From a virus (Duplodnaviria > Caudoviricetes): a stretch of 63,389 nucleotides of DNA. The translations under genes were made by a program, and so were the position numbers. Location: positions 1 to 63,389 of the IMG/VR virus record IMGVR_UViG_3300045921_000040; one strand, written 5' to 3'. Below, piece by piece: positions 28,671-38,591 of this stretch (position 1 is its first letter; each line of letters opens with the position of its first letter). Under the pieces are notes generated by a model. The model was not told where the DNA came from, made no database searches, and was given only the letters and a program-made list of their open reading frames with translations.

Positions 28671-29009
28671 ATGCGTGTCCACAACCTGCCCACCAAGGAA
28701 ATCTCGAAGCTCTTAACCCGGAAACGCATTCAGCCTGCGGAGGAAGGGGACGTGGAGAGTGCCTATTGGCGCCGTATCCCGCTATTCCGTAACCCGGATA
28801 GCGGGGAGCTCTACATCTTCACCGACTACGGCCTCGGTTACGCGCATAGCTACCTTCACCCCAAGGTGCGCCGCTACCCTCGCAGTGATATGCTGTTCAA
28901 CGCGAGGTATATGTCTGGCTATATGGAGGGCCAGAAGCAGTGGCGCGAGGAGCACATGGGCCGCACCGAGGATATGGGCTCGTTCAAGGTCTGGAAGCGC
29001 CAGCGCTAG
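28671..29009 (+). CDS. Early hypothetical protein
   Basis: GAGGAG RBS; KRIQPA..DVESAY. Confidence 0.65.
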   Translation: MRVHNLPTKEISKLLTRKRIQPAEEGDVESAYWRRIPLFRNPDSGELYIFTDYGLGYAHSYLHPKVRRYPRSDMLFNARYMSGYMEGQKQWREEHMGRTEDMGSFKVWKRQR

Positions 29010-29032
29010 GCGCAAGCAAGAGGAGCAAGCTG

Positions 29033-29560
29033 ATGGTGGACGGTCCTGTTTTCCCACTGAGCACCGTAGCCGAAGCATTCTGGGGGACCCCTGCCATGAC
29101 CCACCACAAGTGGGTTCAGTGGGCCTGTGACTGCGTTGAGAGGGTGCTGCCTGTGTACGATGCCTGCTTGGCAAACGTGCCTCATGTGGGGGTTTTGACA
29201 GAAGCCAGAATATGGCTGTTTGGTCCCACCCAAGAGGAGGCCAAGAGAGTTAACTGGGTCCACCCTGCAAAAGCCTTGGCGGCAGTCAAGCGGTGGCTAG
29301 CCGACCCTAACCCGGATAACGCCGAAGCAGCTGAGCGCCTTATAAGGCATATATCTCACCCCGAACTTGAAGACACACAGTCCGTGTTCGTCGAAAGCGC
29401 TGTTGGGTACGCTGCCCACTCAATAACCTACCCGCGCTATGCCTATCTCGCTGCAGACGCAGCTCGTATGGCGTTGGGTGAGGACGCTGGCATAGAAGAG
29501 GAGAAGTGGCAGACTATCCACCTGCTGCAGATTTACCACGATGGAGAGAGCGATGCCTGA
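29033..29560 (+). CDS. Imm5-like helical protein
   Basis: WACDCVERVLPVY..ALAAVKRWL..AADAAR..EEKWQ. Confidence 0.5.
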   Translation: MVDGPVFPLSTVAEAFWGTPAMTHHKWVQWACDCVERVLPVYDACLANVPHVGVLTEARIWLFGPTQEEAKRVNWVHPAKALAAVKRWLADPNPDNAEAAERLIRHISHPELEDTQSVFVESAVGYAAHSITYPRYAYLAADAARMALGEDAGIEEEKWQTIHLLQIYHDGESDA

Positions 29561-29813
29561 GCTTGAACCCGAAGAGATAACCGTGGTTAGCGTGACGGAG
29601 GTAGGTAGTGACCATTGGGTAGTAGAGTTTTCTCACCCTGTATGGGTGGGCGTCGCCCCATTTCCACCACAGCGTCGCCGCTTCTGGGCACCTCGTGAAG
29701 ACAGCTCATACAAGCACATGCGTACAGATGCCCTAGGTGCGTACATGTGGGGTCTCAAGGTGATTGAGCGCAACAAGAAGATGGGGAAGGACGATGAACC
29801 ACAACGAACCTGA
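29553..29813 (+). CDS. Hypothetical protein
   Basis: Coupled ORF with GGAG RBS. Confidence 0.55.
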   Translation: MPELEPEEITVVSVTEVGSDHWVVEFSHPVWVGVAPFPPQRRRFWAPREDSSYKHMRTDALGAYMWGLKVIERNKKMGKDDEPQRT

Positions 29814-30155
29814 TTTCCCGGTTAACCACTTTCGTAGTCCAGTCTACGGGCGACGTATGGCCGAGGCTTCGGAGAAGTTTCTCGCTGCCTTGTGGCGCGA
29901 GCATCCTACTATCATGCAGTGCCTGACGGCGAACAGAAAGAGGATGTAAGTAAATGGGTGTAATGCTGGTTAGGGTATTCAACAGGCGCTGCACTACCGG
30001 AAGTGTAACGGTCTGGAACGATGAGTGGCCTATAGCCAAAGCCATGAAGGATTGGCTGGTCGATGGGGTATGGTTCGAGATACTCGGCTATTACCCTGAT
30101 GCGAACAATTGGGGGTCAATCGCGACAAGCTTTGTCGAAGCCGAGGAGAAGGCCA

Positions 30156-30452
30156 ATGACTATGTCAATAGAAGATAAAATCGAGCTGCTTAGCAAAGTC
30201 GTTTATGTTCTGGGCTGGGAAAAGTTAATAGATGAGATGCACAAAGTCCATGAATACCTTGCGACCATACTTGACGATGATGATATGCTTGAAGAGAACA
30301 ATAAATTTTACCGAGAAAAATGGCCAGAAACGCTGGTTCGGTACTACCAAGAAGGTCGCATTACACAGGACACCATTGAGAGATATTACTATCTCGCCCT
30401 GCTGGAGGGATTGCATAACAAGGTTAGCGAAGCAGAGCCTGATTTGACCTAA
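30156..30452 (+). CDS. Hypothetical protein
   Basis: GAGGAG RBS; ends inside a promoter repeat. Confidence 0.55.
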   Translation: MTMSIEDKIELLSKVVYVLGWEKLIDEMHKVHEYLATILDDDDMLEENNKFYREKWPETLVRYYQEGRITQDTIERYYYLALLEGLHNKVSEAEPDLT

Positions 30453-30472
30453 GCGGCAAATAGCCGTATACT
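30444..30472 (+). promoter_or_regulatory. Sigma70-type promoter (repeat copy 1)
   Basis: TTGACC-N17-TATACT within a ~45-bp repeat shared with 32552. Confidence 0.75.
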
Positions 30473-30501
30473 ACGTAAATAATCAGAGAAGGAGCAGACC
30501 A

Positions 30502-30717
30502 ATGAAGAAGCATGTCATTTACGACGGGCAGGTTTTTCGTATTACCAGTTACGGTAACGGCGTTAGCTACGTGTTCGAGAACGTGCCCCAAGGCAGGTTA
30601 GTCTACTTTCAAGGTGACGACGCTGCGCATTTCGCAGACGAGCTGGAGGCTCTCGCTGACTGGCGGTCGCTAACCGAGTTATGGGACGACTACGCGGAGG
30701 TCAGCCAATGCGTCTGA
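30502..30717 (+). CDS. Hypothetical protein
   Basis: AAGGAG RBS. Confidence 0.6.
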   Translation: MKKHVIYDGQVFRITSYGNGVSYVFENVPQGRLVYFQGDDAAHFADELEALADWRSLTELWDDYAEVSQCV

Positions 30718-30859
30718 GAATATCCATCTTGTTCGGGCTCATTATCCTTTCGGTAGGCGTGCTGAAGTCCCCTCTGGGAGCGCATATGCTCTTCAACGTT
30801 ACCATCTGGAAAGCGGGGTTTGGCTTCTCTCTTTCAGCGTTCGACTAGGAGCGAGACAC

Positions 30860-31075
30860 ATGACCAAGAAACAAACCAAGAAGCAGGCCGCAACTGCCCT
30901 GTTGCGGGAGTACGACCGCCTGTATGCGCGGATGCGTGTGCTTGAGCGTGAAACACAGAAAGCCGTCACCGCCTACGGTGTCGAGAGTGGCGTCTGGGGG
31001 CTGAGCATCGACAAGTTCCGCTTGCAGCTACGGATGGAGGCGGAGCGCAGGGAGAAGGAGCGAGCAGATGGCTAA
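30860..31075 (+). CDS. Hypothetical protein
   Basis: AGGAG RBS. Confidence 0.6.
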   Translation: MTKKQTKKQAATALLREYDRLYARMRVLERETQKAVTAYGVESGVWGLSIDKFRLQLRMEAERREKERADG

Positions 31076-31227
31076 CTGGGTTAAGAACCGCAACGACTAT
31101 CGCACCATGACCGGCAAAGAGCTCTACGAGGAAGCCGTGCGTGGTGCCAACGTGGACTATAAGGAGCTGGCTATCGCCTTGGCCGAGCGTGTCAGGTTCA
31201 CAGGACTTTTGTAAGAGGAGCAAACCA

Positions 31228-31602
31228 ATGGGCTACCGTAGTGACGTAGGGTTGATGTTCTACACTACCAATCAGCAGGAAGTTCCTTTTCCGGCTATCA
31301 AACTCTGGTTTGATGAGAACTTCCCGAAGAGGGAAGCAGAAGGTGAATGGGCTGCCTGGATTGATTACGGAGACGATTATGTTTACGTATTTTACTCAAG
31401 CGTGAAGTGGTATGATGACTACGACCACCCACAAAAAGTCCAGAACGATATAACTAACTTTTACCACGCCTTCAAAGGTAAAAGTGAATATGTTGCCTAT
31501 GACTTTATACGTATAGGCGAAGACGACAACGACATAGAATTTGATTACTCCGAATACTCGGAATATCGCTTGGGTTGCCGCCGAGAAATCGTAATCAATT
31601 AG
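31228..31602 (+). CDS. Hypothetical protein
   Basis: MGYRSDV..VKWY..FIRIGEDDND; GAGGAG RBS. Confidence 0.65.
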   Translation: MGYRSDVGLMFYTTNQQEVPFPAIKLWFDENFPKREAEGEWAAWIDYGDDYVYVFYSSVKWYDDYDHPQKVQNDITNFYHAFKGKSEYVAYDFIRIGEDDNDIEFDYSEYSEYRLGCRREIVIN

Positions 31603-31615
31603 AAGGAGCAAACCA

Positions 31616-32563
31616 ATGGCACTTTCATGGAACACACTTAGGGCCCTTCCGCGCCTGACATCCTATGAGGATGCAGCCAAGTATGAAGCAGAGGTCAAGC
31701 CTATCAGGGGCCGCGCGCCCGAGACCAAGCCTGTAGGAAAACGCAACCAGTGGTGGAACACCATCAAGCGCGAGGACAACGGCGATATCGTGATTAGTAC
31801 GTATTGTGGTCCCATTCTGCGTTACCGTGAGAATGGTGACTTGGTAATCTATGACCCTGCAGGATGGCGCAAAGCATCCCAAAACGAAATGATAACCGAG
31901 ATTACCGGCATACCCACGGATACCATTGATGGTAAGGCTTGGGTCGAGGTATCAAACGGTACTTTTTACCTGCGCAGCTACCAACATAAGGTTTGGGACA
32001 GGGATAAGCGGGAGTATGTCAATAATCCAGAGCCCGTGGCAGAGAACATTTTTCGTCGTGTCGAGCACCTGCAAAGCAGTGCGTATTACGAGAGCCGCAG
32101 TTGGGTCTTCATGAACCCACCCACTAACGCGGTTTACTATATTCGCCGCAAGGAGATGAACAAGGTGATGAAACGTTACGCCACGTTCATTAACTACGCC
32201 AAGGCAGTAGACGCCCTACGCAATGGAGAGCTATTTTGGCCTAAAGAAATAGCGAGTATTTTCGACGCTTCCGCTGACGACGGTGGTGCATACTATTGGG
32301 GCAATGCCGGTATGCCTAGGCGCATCTTTCACGACGACAAGTTCGACCATAACGACGCCGAGGCGCTGTGTAATCTCATGCTGTCTGATGACCCGGCGGA
32401 TAACTACAAGGCATATGCGTGGCTCAAGGCGGGCGACGATAGGTCAGTAGAGGAATCAATCAAGCGCGTTCTCATCATTCACCACCACGACGAGGTGCTG
32501 GAGCGCGTCGACATGACCGGCGTCCAAGCCAAGAACAGGTACGCATGGGTCGATTTGACTTAA
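31616..32563 (+). CDS. Hypothetical protein
   Basis: 315-aa ORF with AAGGAG RBS. Confidence 0.7.
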   Translation: MALSWNTLRALPRLTSYEDAAKYEAEVKPIRGRAPETKPVGKRNQWWNTIKREDNGDIVISTYCGPILRYRENGDLVIYDPAGWRKASQNEMITEITGIPTDTIDGKAWVEVSNGTFYLRSYQHKVWDRDKREYVNNPEPVAENIFRRVEHLQSSAYYESRSWVFMNPPTNAVYYIRRKEMNKVMKRYATFINYAKAVDALRNGELFWPKEIASIFDASADDGGAYYWGNAGMPRRIFHDDKFDHNDAEALCNLMLSDDPADNYKAYAWLKAGDDRSVEESIKRVLIIHHHDEVLERVDMTGVQAKNRYAWVDLT

Positions 32564-32583
32564 GCGGCAAATAGTCGTATACT
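32555..32583 (+). promoter_or_regulatory. Sigma70-type promoter (repeat copy 2)
   Basis: TTGACT-N17-TATACT. Confidence 0.75.
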
Positions 32584-32658
32584 ACGTAAATAATCAAAGA
32601 GCACCTCAAGGCGCCCCAAGCAACCGATAACTACGTTATCAACCAAGGAGCAAACCTC

Positions 32659-33741
32659 ATGACTGCAGTTACCTTCGGCACTACCGTTTCTCTCGAAGAA
32701 GCAGCTACCCTCATCCGCACCTGTCAGAACAATCGGTTCTTCCTGCGGGGGGAACCCGGCATCGGCAAGTCGAGCATCATGGGGGCCTTAGAGAAGCACT
32801 TCGGTAACGCCTATGCCTACGCCTACTTCGACTGTGCGCAGAAGGACCTTGGCGACATCGCCATGCCGAGCCTCAATCGGGAGAAGCGCGTAATCGAGTA
32901 TTTTCCTAACGCAGTTCTCCAGTTGCAGACTGGCAAGCCGGTCGTCATCATGCTGGATGAGTTCACCAAGGCACCGCAGCCGGTGCAGAATATGCTGCAT
33001 CCGCTGCTCGAAGCGCGCAACCCGCGCTTGGGTGACATCCCCCTGCCCGACGGCAGCATCGTGTTCCTGACTGGCAACATGGCGACCGATGGTGTGGGCG
33101 ATAACATCAAGGCCCACACTCTTAACCGGGTTACGGTCGTAACGGTGCGCAAGCCGACTGCCGAAGAGTGGCTCAAGTGGGCTGTCAGTAACGATATTGA
33201 CCCTGTCGTCATGGCGTGGGTCAACCAGTTCCCGCACGCGCTGGAATCCTATCTGGACGGTGACCAAGACGGCAGTCAAGACAACAACCCTTACATCTTC
33301 AACCCCAAGAAGATGCAGGGCGCCTTCGTATCGCCTCGCTCGCTCCAGCTGGCCAGCAACATCCTCAAGCACCGTGAGCACCTCACGTCCAACGCTCTGC
33401 TTGCAGCCATCATCGGCACCATCGGCGAGGCCGGTGCGCGTGACCTTCACGCCTTCATCCAGTATCAGGACCAGCTCCCTGCGTGGGAGACCATCACCAC
33501 CAAGCCGAAGGAAGCTCGCCTTCCGCAGTCGCCAGGAGCCTGCTCAGTGCTCGTGTTCGGTGCCATTGCGCGTGTGGACATCACGACAATCACGCCGTTT
33601 GTGGAGTATCTCACACGCATGGAGCCCGAGTGGCAGGCGGCGTTCTTTATCAACATGGCCAAGAACCCGGCTAAGCAACAAGTCGCTTTCGCCAGCCGCG
33701 CATTCGGGGAATGGATCGAGCAGAACGCGGATATGCTGTAA
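32659..33741 (+). CDS. MoxR-type AAA+ ATPase
   Basis: GEPGIGKS Walker A, IMLDEF Walker B, TGN sensor, SPRS. Confidence 0.85.
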   Translation: MTAVTFGTTVSLEEAATLIRTCQNNRFFLRGEPGIGKSSIMGALEKHFGNAYAYAYFDCAQKDLGDIAMPSLNREKRVIEYFPNAVLQLQTGKPVVIMLDEFTKAPQPVQNMLHPLLEARNPRLGDIPLPDGSIVFLTGNMATDGVGDNIKAHTLNRVTVVTVRKPTAEEWLKWAVSNDIDPVVMAWVNQFPHALESYLDGDQDGSQDNNPYIFNPKKMQGAFVSPRSLQLASNILKHREHLTSNALLAAIIGTIGEAGARDLHAFIQYQDQLPAWETITTKPKEARLPQSPGACSVLVFGAIARVDITTITPFVEYLTRMEPEWQAAFFINMAKNPAKQQVAFASRAFGEWIEQNADML

Positions 33742-33756
33742 GAAAGGAGCAAACTA

Positions 33757-34980
33757 ATGCCCAAGATTAGTCCCGAACGTAGGCTGAAGAAGATTGTTAT
33801 TGGCCTTATGCGTGACCCACTGTTCGCCGACCTGTCAGGCATCATGATGCTTGGTAGGAAAGAAGTGGTGGACGACATACCCACAGCCTGCACTGATGGG
33901 CGAGACGAGCTGTACGGCAGGAAGTTCATCGAGAAGTTGGACGACAAGAGCCTTGCCTTTGTCATAGTCCACGAAGCCTTACACAAGGCTGGCAGGCACC
34001 TGCATACGTGGGAGAAGCTTCACAAGGAAGACCCACAGCTCGCCAATCAGGCGATGGATTACTGGGTTAATCTCACCATCATCAACCGCGACCCGATTGG
34101 TGACATGGTAACCATGCCCAAGGAGGGTGGAAAGGAGATTGGCCTCTACGACCGCCGCTTTGCCAATATGAACATCAAGCAAATCTTCGACATTCTCAAG
34201 CAAGAGAGCCGTATGCGCGGCGGGATAGGACGTGGAGACGGGGGCAACGAGGAAGGACGCGCATACGGAGTCGGCGGCTTCGACGAGCACGATTGGGAAG
34301 GTGCCAAGAGCCTCTCGAAAGAAGAAGTCGATGAGCTGGCCAAGGAGGTAGACCAAGCTCTCCGACAAGGTAAGATTGCTGCCGCCAAGATGCACGGCAA
34401 GGGGGCCGGTAGCGCGCATCGAGACCTCGATGAGCTGCTCAACCCGAAGGTTGACTGGCGTCAAGAGCTGCGGGAGTTTGTGTCTGCCACTTGTGCAGGA
34501 CGCGACTTCTCCTCGTGGCGCAAGCCCAACCGGCGGTTTCTGTCGCATGACATCATCATGCCCAGCCTCGTGTCTGAGCGCGTAGACCGCATGGTGATTG
34601 GTGTGGATACGTCAGGGTCCATTGGTGGACCGGAGCTTACCCGGTTCCTTTCCGAGGTCGTGGCAATCGCCGAAACTGTTAACCCGGATAAAGTTGACCT
34701 CATCTACTGGGATGCAGAGGTGGCAGGCCATGAGGTCTATAACAGCGGCACACTTGCTACGCTCGTAAACAGCACCAAACCCAAGGGTGGTGGGGGGACT
34801 AACGTGAGCTGCCTGTCGAACTACCTCAACAAACACGCCATCAAACCCGAGTGCGTGGTGGTGTTCACCGACGGTTACCTAGGCGGTGATTGGGGTGAGT
34901 GGGACGTGCCAGTCCTATGGGCTATCCACGACAATAACAGCACTACCGCGCCTGTTGGGAAAACTATTCACGTAGACTAA
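33757..34980 (+). CDS. Metallopeptidase-like plus vWA domain protein (MoxR partner)
   Basis: TACTDG, HEALH, DTSGS MIDAS, GGGGT, VFTDGY. Confidence 0.85.
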   Translation: MPKISPERRLKKIVIGLMRDPLFADLSGIMMLGRKEVVDDIPTACTDGRDELYGRKFIEKLDDKSLAFVIVHEALHKAGRHLHTWEKLHKEDPQLANQAMDYWVNLTIINRDPIGDMVTMPKEGGKEIGLYDRRFANMNIKQIFDILKQESRMRGGIGRGDGGNEEGRAYGVGGFDEHDWEGAKSLSKEEVDELAKEVDQALRQGKIAAAKMHGKGAGSAHRDLDELLNPKVDWRQELREFVSATCAGRDFSSWRKPNRRFLSHDIIMPSLVSERVDRMVIGVDTSGSIGGPELTRFLSEVVAIAETVNPDKVDLIYWDAEVAGHEVYNSGTLATLVNSTKPKGGGGTNVSCLSNYLNKHAIKPECVVVFTDGYLGGDWGEWDVPVLWAIHDNNSTTAPVGKTIHVD

Positions 34981-35004
34981 GCAAGCCAAGAAAGGAGCAA
35001 ACCA

Positions 35005-35862
35005 ATGAGCATTTCCAATTCCGCACTTCTGGTCGAGCTGAATATCAGCGTATGGACAGGCCAGCGCGTAGACCGAGTTGTAACCGATAAGGTTACCAGC
35101 GACGCCAAGGCGTCCGCAGATGCCGGGCAGTTCAAGAAGAACCTCACCGCAGGCACAACCTTGCGCAAGGAGATTGCCGACTACGCCGCCCTGTGCCGCA
35201 CGTGGCATAACAGTCGAACCATGCCGTGGTCTGACCGTGGCCCGCGCCTGCTGCCCACTTCGATGTTCCTAGACTACAAGCATGAAGTTAACGCGCGTGA
35301 AGCTATGTTCATGTCCAAGGTCGATGCGTTCTGCGACGCTTATCCGCAGCTGCTGCGCGACGCTCCGCTCCATTTGGGAGACCTGTTCGACCCCTCGGAC
35401 TACCCGAGTGTAGACGAGGTGCGCAACAAGTTCGGCTTCAATCTGGTGTTTTCCCCTGTACCCGAGGCCGGTGACTTCCGTATCCAAGCAGGTGATGCGG
35501 AGCTTCAAGAGCTGCGTGCGCAATATGAAGTTGCCTACGAAAATAGGGTCAAGGACGCAATGCAGTCGGCATGGGACAAGGTCCACGATATGCTGACCAA
35601 GATGTCCGAGAAGCTGACCGAGCCGGAAGGGGATGGTGCCAAACCCAAGCTGTTTCACAGCACTTTCCTGACCAACGTCGAAGAGCTGTGCGAGTTGCTC
35701 ACGCACTTCAATGTCACCAAGGACCCGAAGCTCGAAGCGGCGCGCCGCTCGCTTGAGCGAATGATTGCTAACGTCGATATTGACGACGTGCGCAAGGATG
35801 TCGGCACACGCATGGACCTCAAGGCGCAGGTCGATGCCGCGTTGTCCCAGTTCGATTGGTAA
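35005..35862 (+). CDS. Conserved helical phage protein of the MoxR/vWA cluster
   Basis: LVELNISVWTG..TMPW..RLLP..DYPSVDEVRNKF. Confidence 0.65.
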   Translation: MSISNSALLVELNISVWTGQRVDRVVTDKVTSDAKASADAGQFKKNLTAGTTLRKEIADYAALCRTWHNSRTMPWSDRGPRLLPTSMFLDYKHEVNAREAMFMSKVDAFCDAYPQLLRDAPLHLGDLFDPSDYPSVDEVRNKFGFNLVFSPVPEAGDFRIQAGDAELQELRAQYEVAYENRVKDAMQSAWDKVHDMLTKMSEKLTEPEGDGAKPKLFHSTFLTNVEELCELLTHFNVTKDPKLEAARRSLERMIANVDIDDVRKDVGTRMDLKAQVDAALSQFDW

Positions 35863-35876
35863 AGAGGAGCAAACAG

Positions 35877-36758
35877 ATGCGCAAAGTTCTAATCCCTATG
35901 GACGTTCACAACGCATTCCGTGAGTGTGATGAAGACCGACAAGGAGATGCACCCAACATCAACCCCAAAGTAGACCCGTTTCTTCACCCACTGCTGACCA
36001 AGCTGAGCAAGAAGCGCCCAACATGGACCTTTGTGTTCAGCCATTCTCCTAACATCGACAGCAACGGCACAGGGTATGTGCACAGCCCATTTACTATCAT
36101 GGACGGCGACGAAGCGCTAGGGCGTGTAGGTAAAGATTGGCGGTACAGAAGAGGCAGTAAAGTCTACACCTACGAAATCTACTGCGACCGCCTGAAAGCA
36201 AAACTAAGGCGTCACAGTACCGCCATTACAAGTGACACAAATAAGGCTGTCAACCTGATTTTGGGTAATATGTATCGTGTGACGACGGGTGAATTTATCC
36301 AGAAAGTCAGCGATGATGCTTACCAAAACCTGAGAAATAAACTGTATGGTTATGAGCGCAAATACACTAATACTAGTTACAGCGTTTACCATCAGGCTAT
36401 GAGCTTTCTGGTTAGCAACTCTGACATGTTCAAGGCCCAATACCCATCACTGGCAAGCAAGGTCGATGACTTAATCGAGGCGAGTAGAAACAAAGATATA
36501 GCGTCTAAGCTGCGGGGGTTTATCGACAACGATGAAATTACACTTTTCGCCGAGCGAGACGGTAAGATTTACACATTCCGTAAAGACGCCAAGAACTACG
36601 ACAATGGACTTTATATCGACGAGCTTTCAAGTCGCTATAAGCAGGCTATCGGTATGCTCAAGCTGGTGGAGAACGATACGCTCATACCCTACGTAGGGTA
36701 TCGAGCAGACGACAACGTCTTTATTGTTTTTGGCGAAAAACCTCTTGACACTGTATAA
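35877..36758 (+). CDS. Hypothetical protein
   Basis: GAGGAG RBS; C-terminal IGMLKLVE..VGYR. Confidence 0.65.
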   Translation: MRKVLIPMDVHNAFRECDEDRQGDAPNINPKVDPFLHPLLTKLSKKRPTWTFVFSHSPNIDSNGTGYVHSPFTIMDGDEALGRVGKDWRYRRGSKVYTYEIYCDRLKAKLRRHSTAITSDTNKAVNLILGNMYRVTTGEFIQKVSDDAYQNLRNKLYGYERKYTNTSYSVYHQAMSFLVSNSDMFKAQYPSLASKVDDLIEASRNKDIASKLRGFIDNDEITLFAERDGKIYTFRKDAKNYDNGLYIDELSSRYKQAIGMLKLVENDTLIPYVGYRADDNVFIVFGEKPLDTV

Positions 36759-36772
36759 GCGGAGTGTATACT
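36745..36772 (+). promoter_or_regulatory. Sigma70-type promoter
   Basis: TTGACA-N16-TATACT; shares CTTGACACTGTATAA with 48902. Confidence 0.65.
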
Positions 36773-36797
36773 CAACCATCAACCAAGGAGCAAACTG

Positions 36798-37103
36798 GTG
36801 GCAGCTACACCTGAGAAACGCGTCAAGGGCAAGGTGGTGAGCATCCTCAAGGATGAGGGTGTATACTATTTCTTCCCTGCTACCCATGGCTACGGTCGTA
36901 GTGGCATTCCGGACATCATTGTTTGCGTTAATGGGGTATTCCTAGCCATCGAGTGCAAAGCGGGAAACAACAAACCCACAGCGCTACAAATCCGTGAGCT
37001 GGAGAACATCCGCCGCAGCGGAGGCGTAGCTATTGTCGTGAACGAGCAAAACTGGGACGCAGTGCGTAACCTAGTTAGGAGCTTGAAAGGAGCAAACCAA
37101 TGA
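36798..37103 (+). CDS. VRR-NUC / Holliday junction resolvase-like nuclease
   Basis: GIPDII..AIECKAG..PTALQ. Confidence 0.85.
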   Translation: MAATPEKRVKGKVVSILKDEGVYYFFPATHGYGRSGIPDIIVCVNGVFLAIECKAGNNKPTALQIRELENIRRSGGVAIVVNEQNWDAVRNLVRSLKGANQ

Positions 37104-37417
37104 ACGACTTCGACAAGCAACGGCGCGCCGCCAACATCGAGCGGGCTATTGAACGGACTGGCAAGCTGCAAAAGTTGATGGACTGGCTGGATGAAGTGCG
37201 CGTTTGTGATCTCGCCCATGCCCGCACCGAGCGCACTGTCGACCTGCTTGACCTTCTCATGGCTCAACATGAAGCCAGCCGCCTCATCGACGACGTGCTC
37301 GGCTGCGACCTGTCCAGTTTCCGCGAAGACCTGGAATACGAGGCCCTGCGCGAGTGCCGCTTTGATATCAAAGGATGCACCTTTGTCGATGAAAACGGCG
37401 AGTCGGTTGAGGATTGA
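37100..37417 (+). CDS. Hypothetical protein
   Basis: AAGGAG RBS, ATGA overlap. Confidence 0.6.
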   Translation: MNDFDKQRRAANIERAIERTGKLQKLMDWLDEVRVCDLAHARTERTVDLLDLLMAQHEASRLIDDVLGCDLSSFREDLEYEALRECRFDIKGCTFVDENGESVED

Positions 37418-37421
37418 AGCC

Positions 37422-37610
37422 ATGCACAAAACCCGCACCCTTGCCGCACTTCTCGCGCAGCCCACTGACACCCGTCAAGCATCGCTTGAGGCAATCGCGC
37501 TCTGGCGCGCCGCCGGACAGCTTCAAGACGCAGGCCCGCGTGGCATTGACATCGGGCTGCTCATGGTCGTGCGGGACAAGATCGACGCAATGCTGGGAGA
37601 AAAGGCATGA
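37422..37610 (+). CDS. Hypothetical protein
   Basis: GAGG RBS; coupled to a short TM ORF (37607..37708). Confidence 0.5.
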   Translation: MHKTRTLAALLAQPTDTRQASLEAIALWRAAGQLQDAGPRGIDIGLLMVVRDKIDAMLGEKA

Positions 37611-37730
37611 CTGACAGTGCACCCGCGACCGCCCTTATCGCCGCAGCCATCTCCGGCTTCATCATGGGTGTGCTGGCGTGGTGGCTGCTCGATAGCCTGT
37701 TCGGCTGAATGAATTGAGAGGAGAAAACCG

Positions 37731-38591
37731 ATGATCGAAGCAGTAACCGAAGCGATCCGCAAGATGTCCAAGGACGAGCGGGCCGCGAGCAAAACCCTCG
37801 GCAAGGACGAGGCCCGCTTTCTGGTAAATGCCTACTATCAGATGCAGGAGAACCGCATCCGCGCTGACGGGCAAGTGCGAGAGATGGCCAAGGGCGGCGA
37901 ACCGCATGAAGTGCTGGCGTGGCTGGGAGACATGAACCGGGTGCTGGAGAACCAGATCAGGGGCGCGCTCGATGCCTATTCGCTTTCCACGCCGGTCGGC
38001 CAGTGGATGCGCGCGCAGCACGGGATCGGCCCTGTGATTGCCGCCGGGTTTCTCGCCCATCTCGACATCACTAAGGCACCCGTCGCAGGTGCGTTCTGGT
38101 CGTTCGCTGGCCTCGATCCCGCTAAGTCGTGGGAGAAGGGGCAGAAGCGCCCGTGGAATGCGCAGTTGAAAACGCTGTGCTGGAAGCTGGGGGAGAGTTT
38201 CGTCAAGGTCTCGGGCAACCCCGATGCCTTCTACGGCCAGCTTTACAAGCAGCGCAAGGACTACGAGACGCGGCAGAATGACGCGGGGGCCTATGCCGAG
38301 CAGGCGAAGGCGAAACTGGACAAGTTCAAGATTGGCAAGGGGACAGACGCCTACGCCTGTTATAGCGCTGGAAAACTGCCGCCCGCCCACATCCATGCGC
38401 GCGCAAAGCGCTACGCGGTCAAGATTTTCCTCTCGCACCTGCATGAGGTGATGTATCGAGACCACTACGGCTGCCCGCCGCCCAAACCGTTTGCGGTGGA
38501 GCATCTCGGCCACGCGCACATCATCTCGGTTCCGCCGGGCAAGCCATGGAAGCTGATTGGAACAGGCCCACAGAGCGAGCCAAAGGATTAG
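37731..38591 (+). CDS. tasA: Nop-domain / IS110 C-terminal-like RNA-binding protein, TasA-like (no RuvC or HNH)
   Basis: Coiled-coil N-terminus, HGIGPVIAAGFL, FWSFAGLDP, WNAQLKT, HARAKRYAVKIFL; directly abuts a 36-nt dual-repeat array. Confidence 0.8.
   Translation: MIEAVTEAIRKMSKDERAASKTLGKDEARFLVNAYYQMQENRIRADGQVREMAKGGEPHEVLAWLGDMNRVLENQIRGALDAYSLSTPVGQWMRAQHGIGPVIAAGFLAHLDITKAPVAGAFWSFAGLDPAKSWEKGQKRPWNAQLKTLCWKLGESFVKVSGNPDAFYGQLYKQRKDYETRQNDAGAYAEQAKAKLDKFKIGKGTDAYACYSAGKLPPAHIHARAKRYAVKIFLSHLHEVMYRDHYGCPPPKPFAVEHLGHAHIISVPPGKPWKLIGTGPQSEPKD

Noticed and set aside
37731-38591. IS110 transposase / insertion sequence
   Set aside because: No N-terminal DEDD RuvC domain and no obvious catalytic-serine loop after AGLDP; the adjacent non-coding DNA is a periodic array
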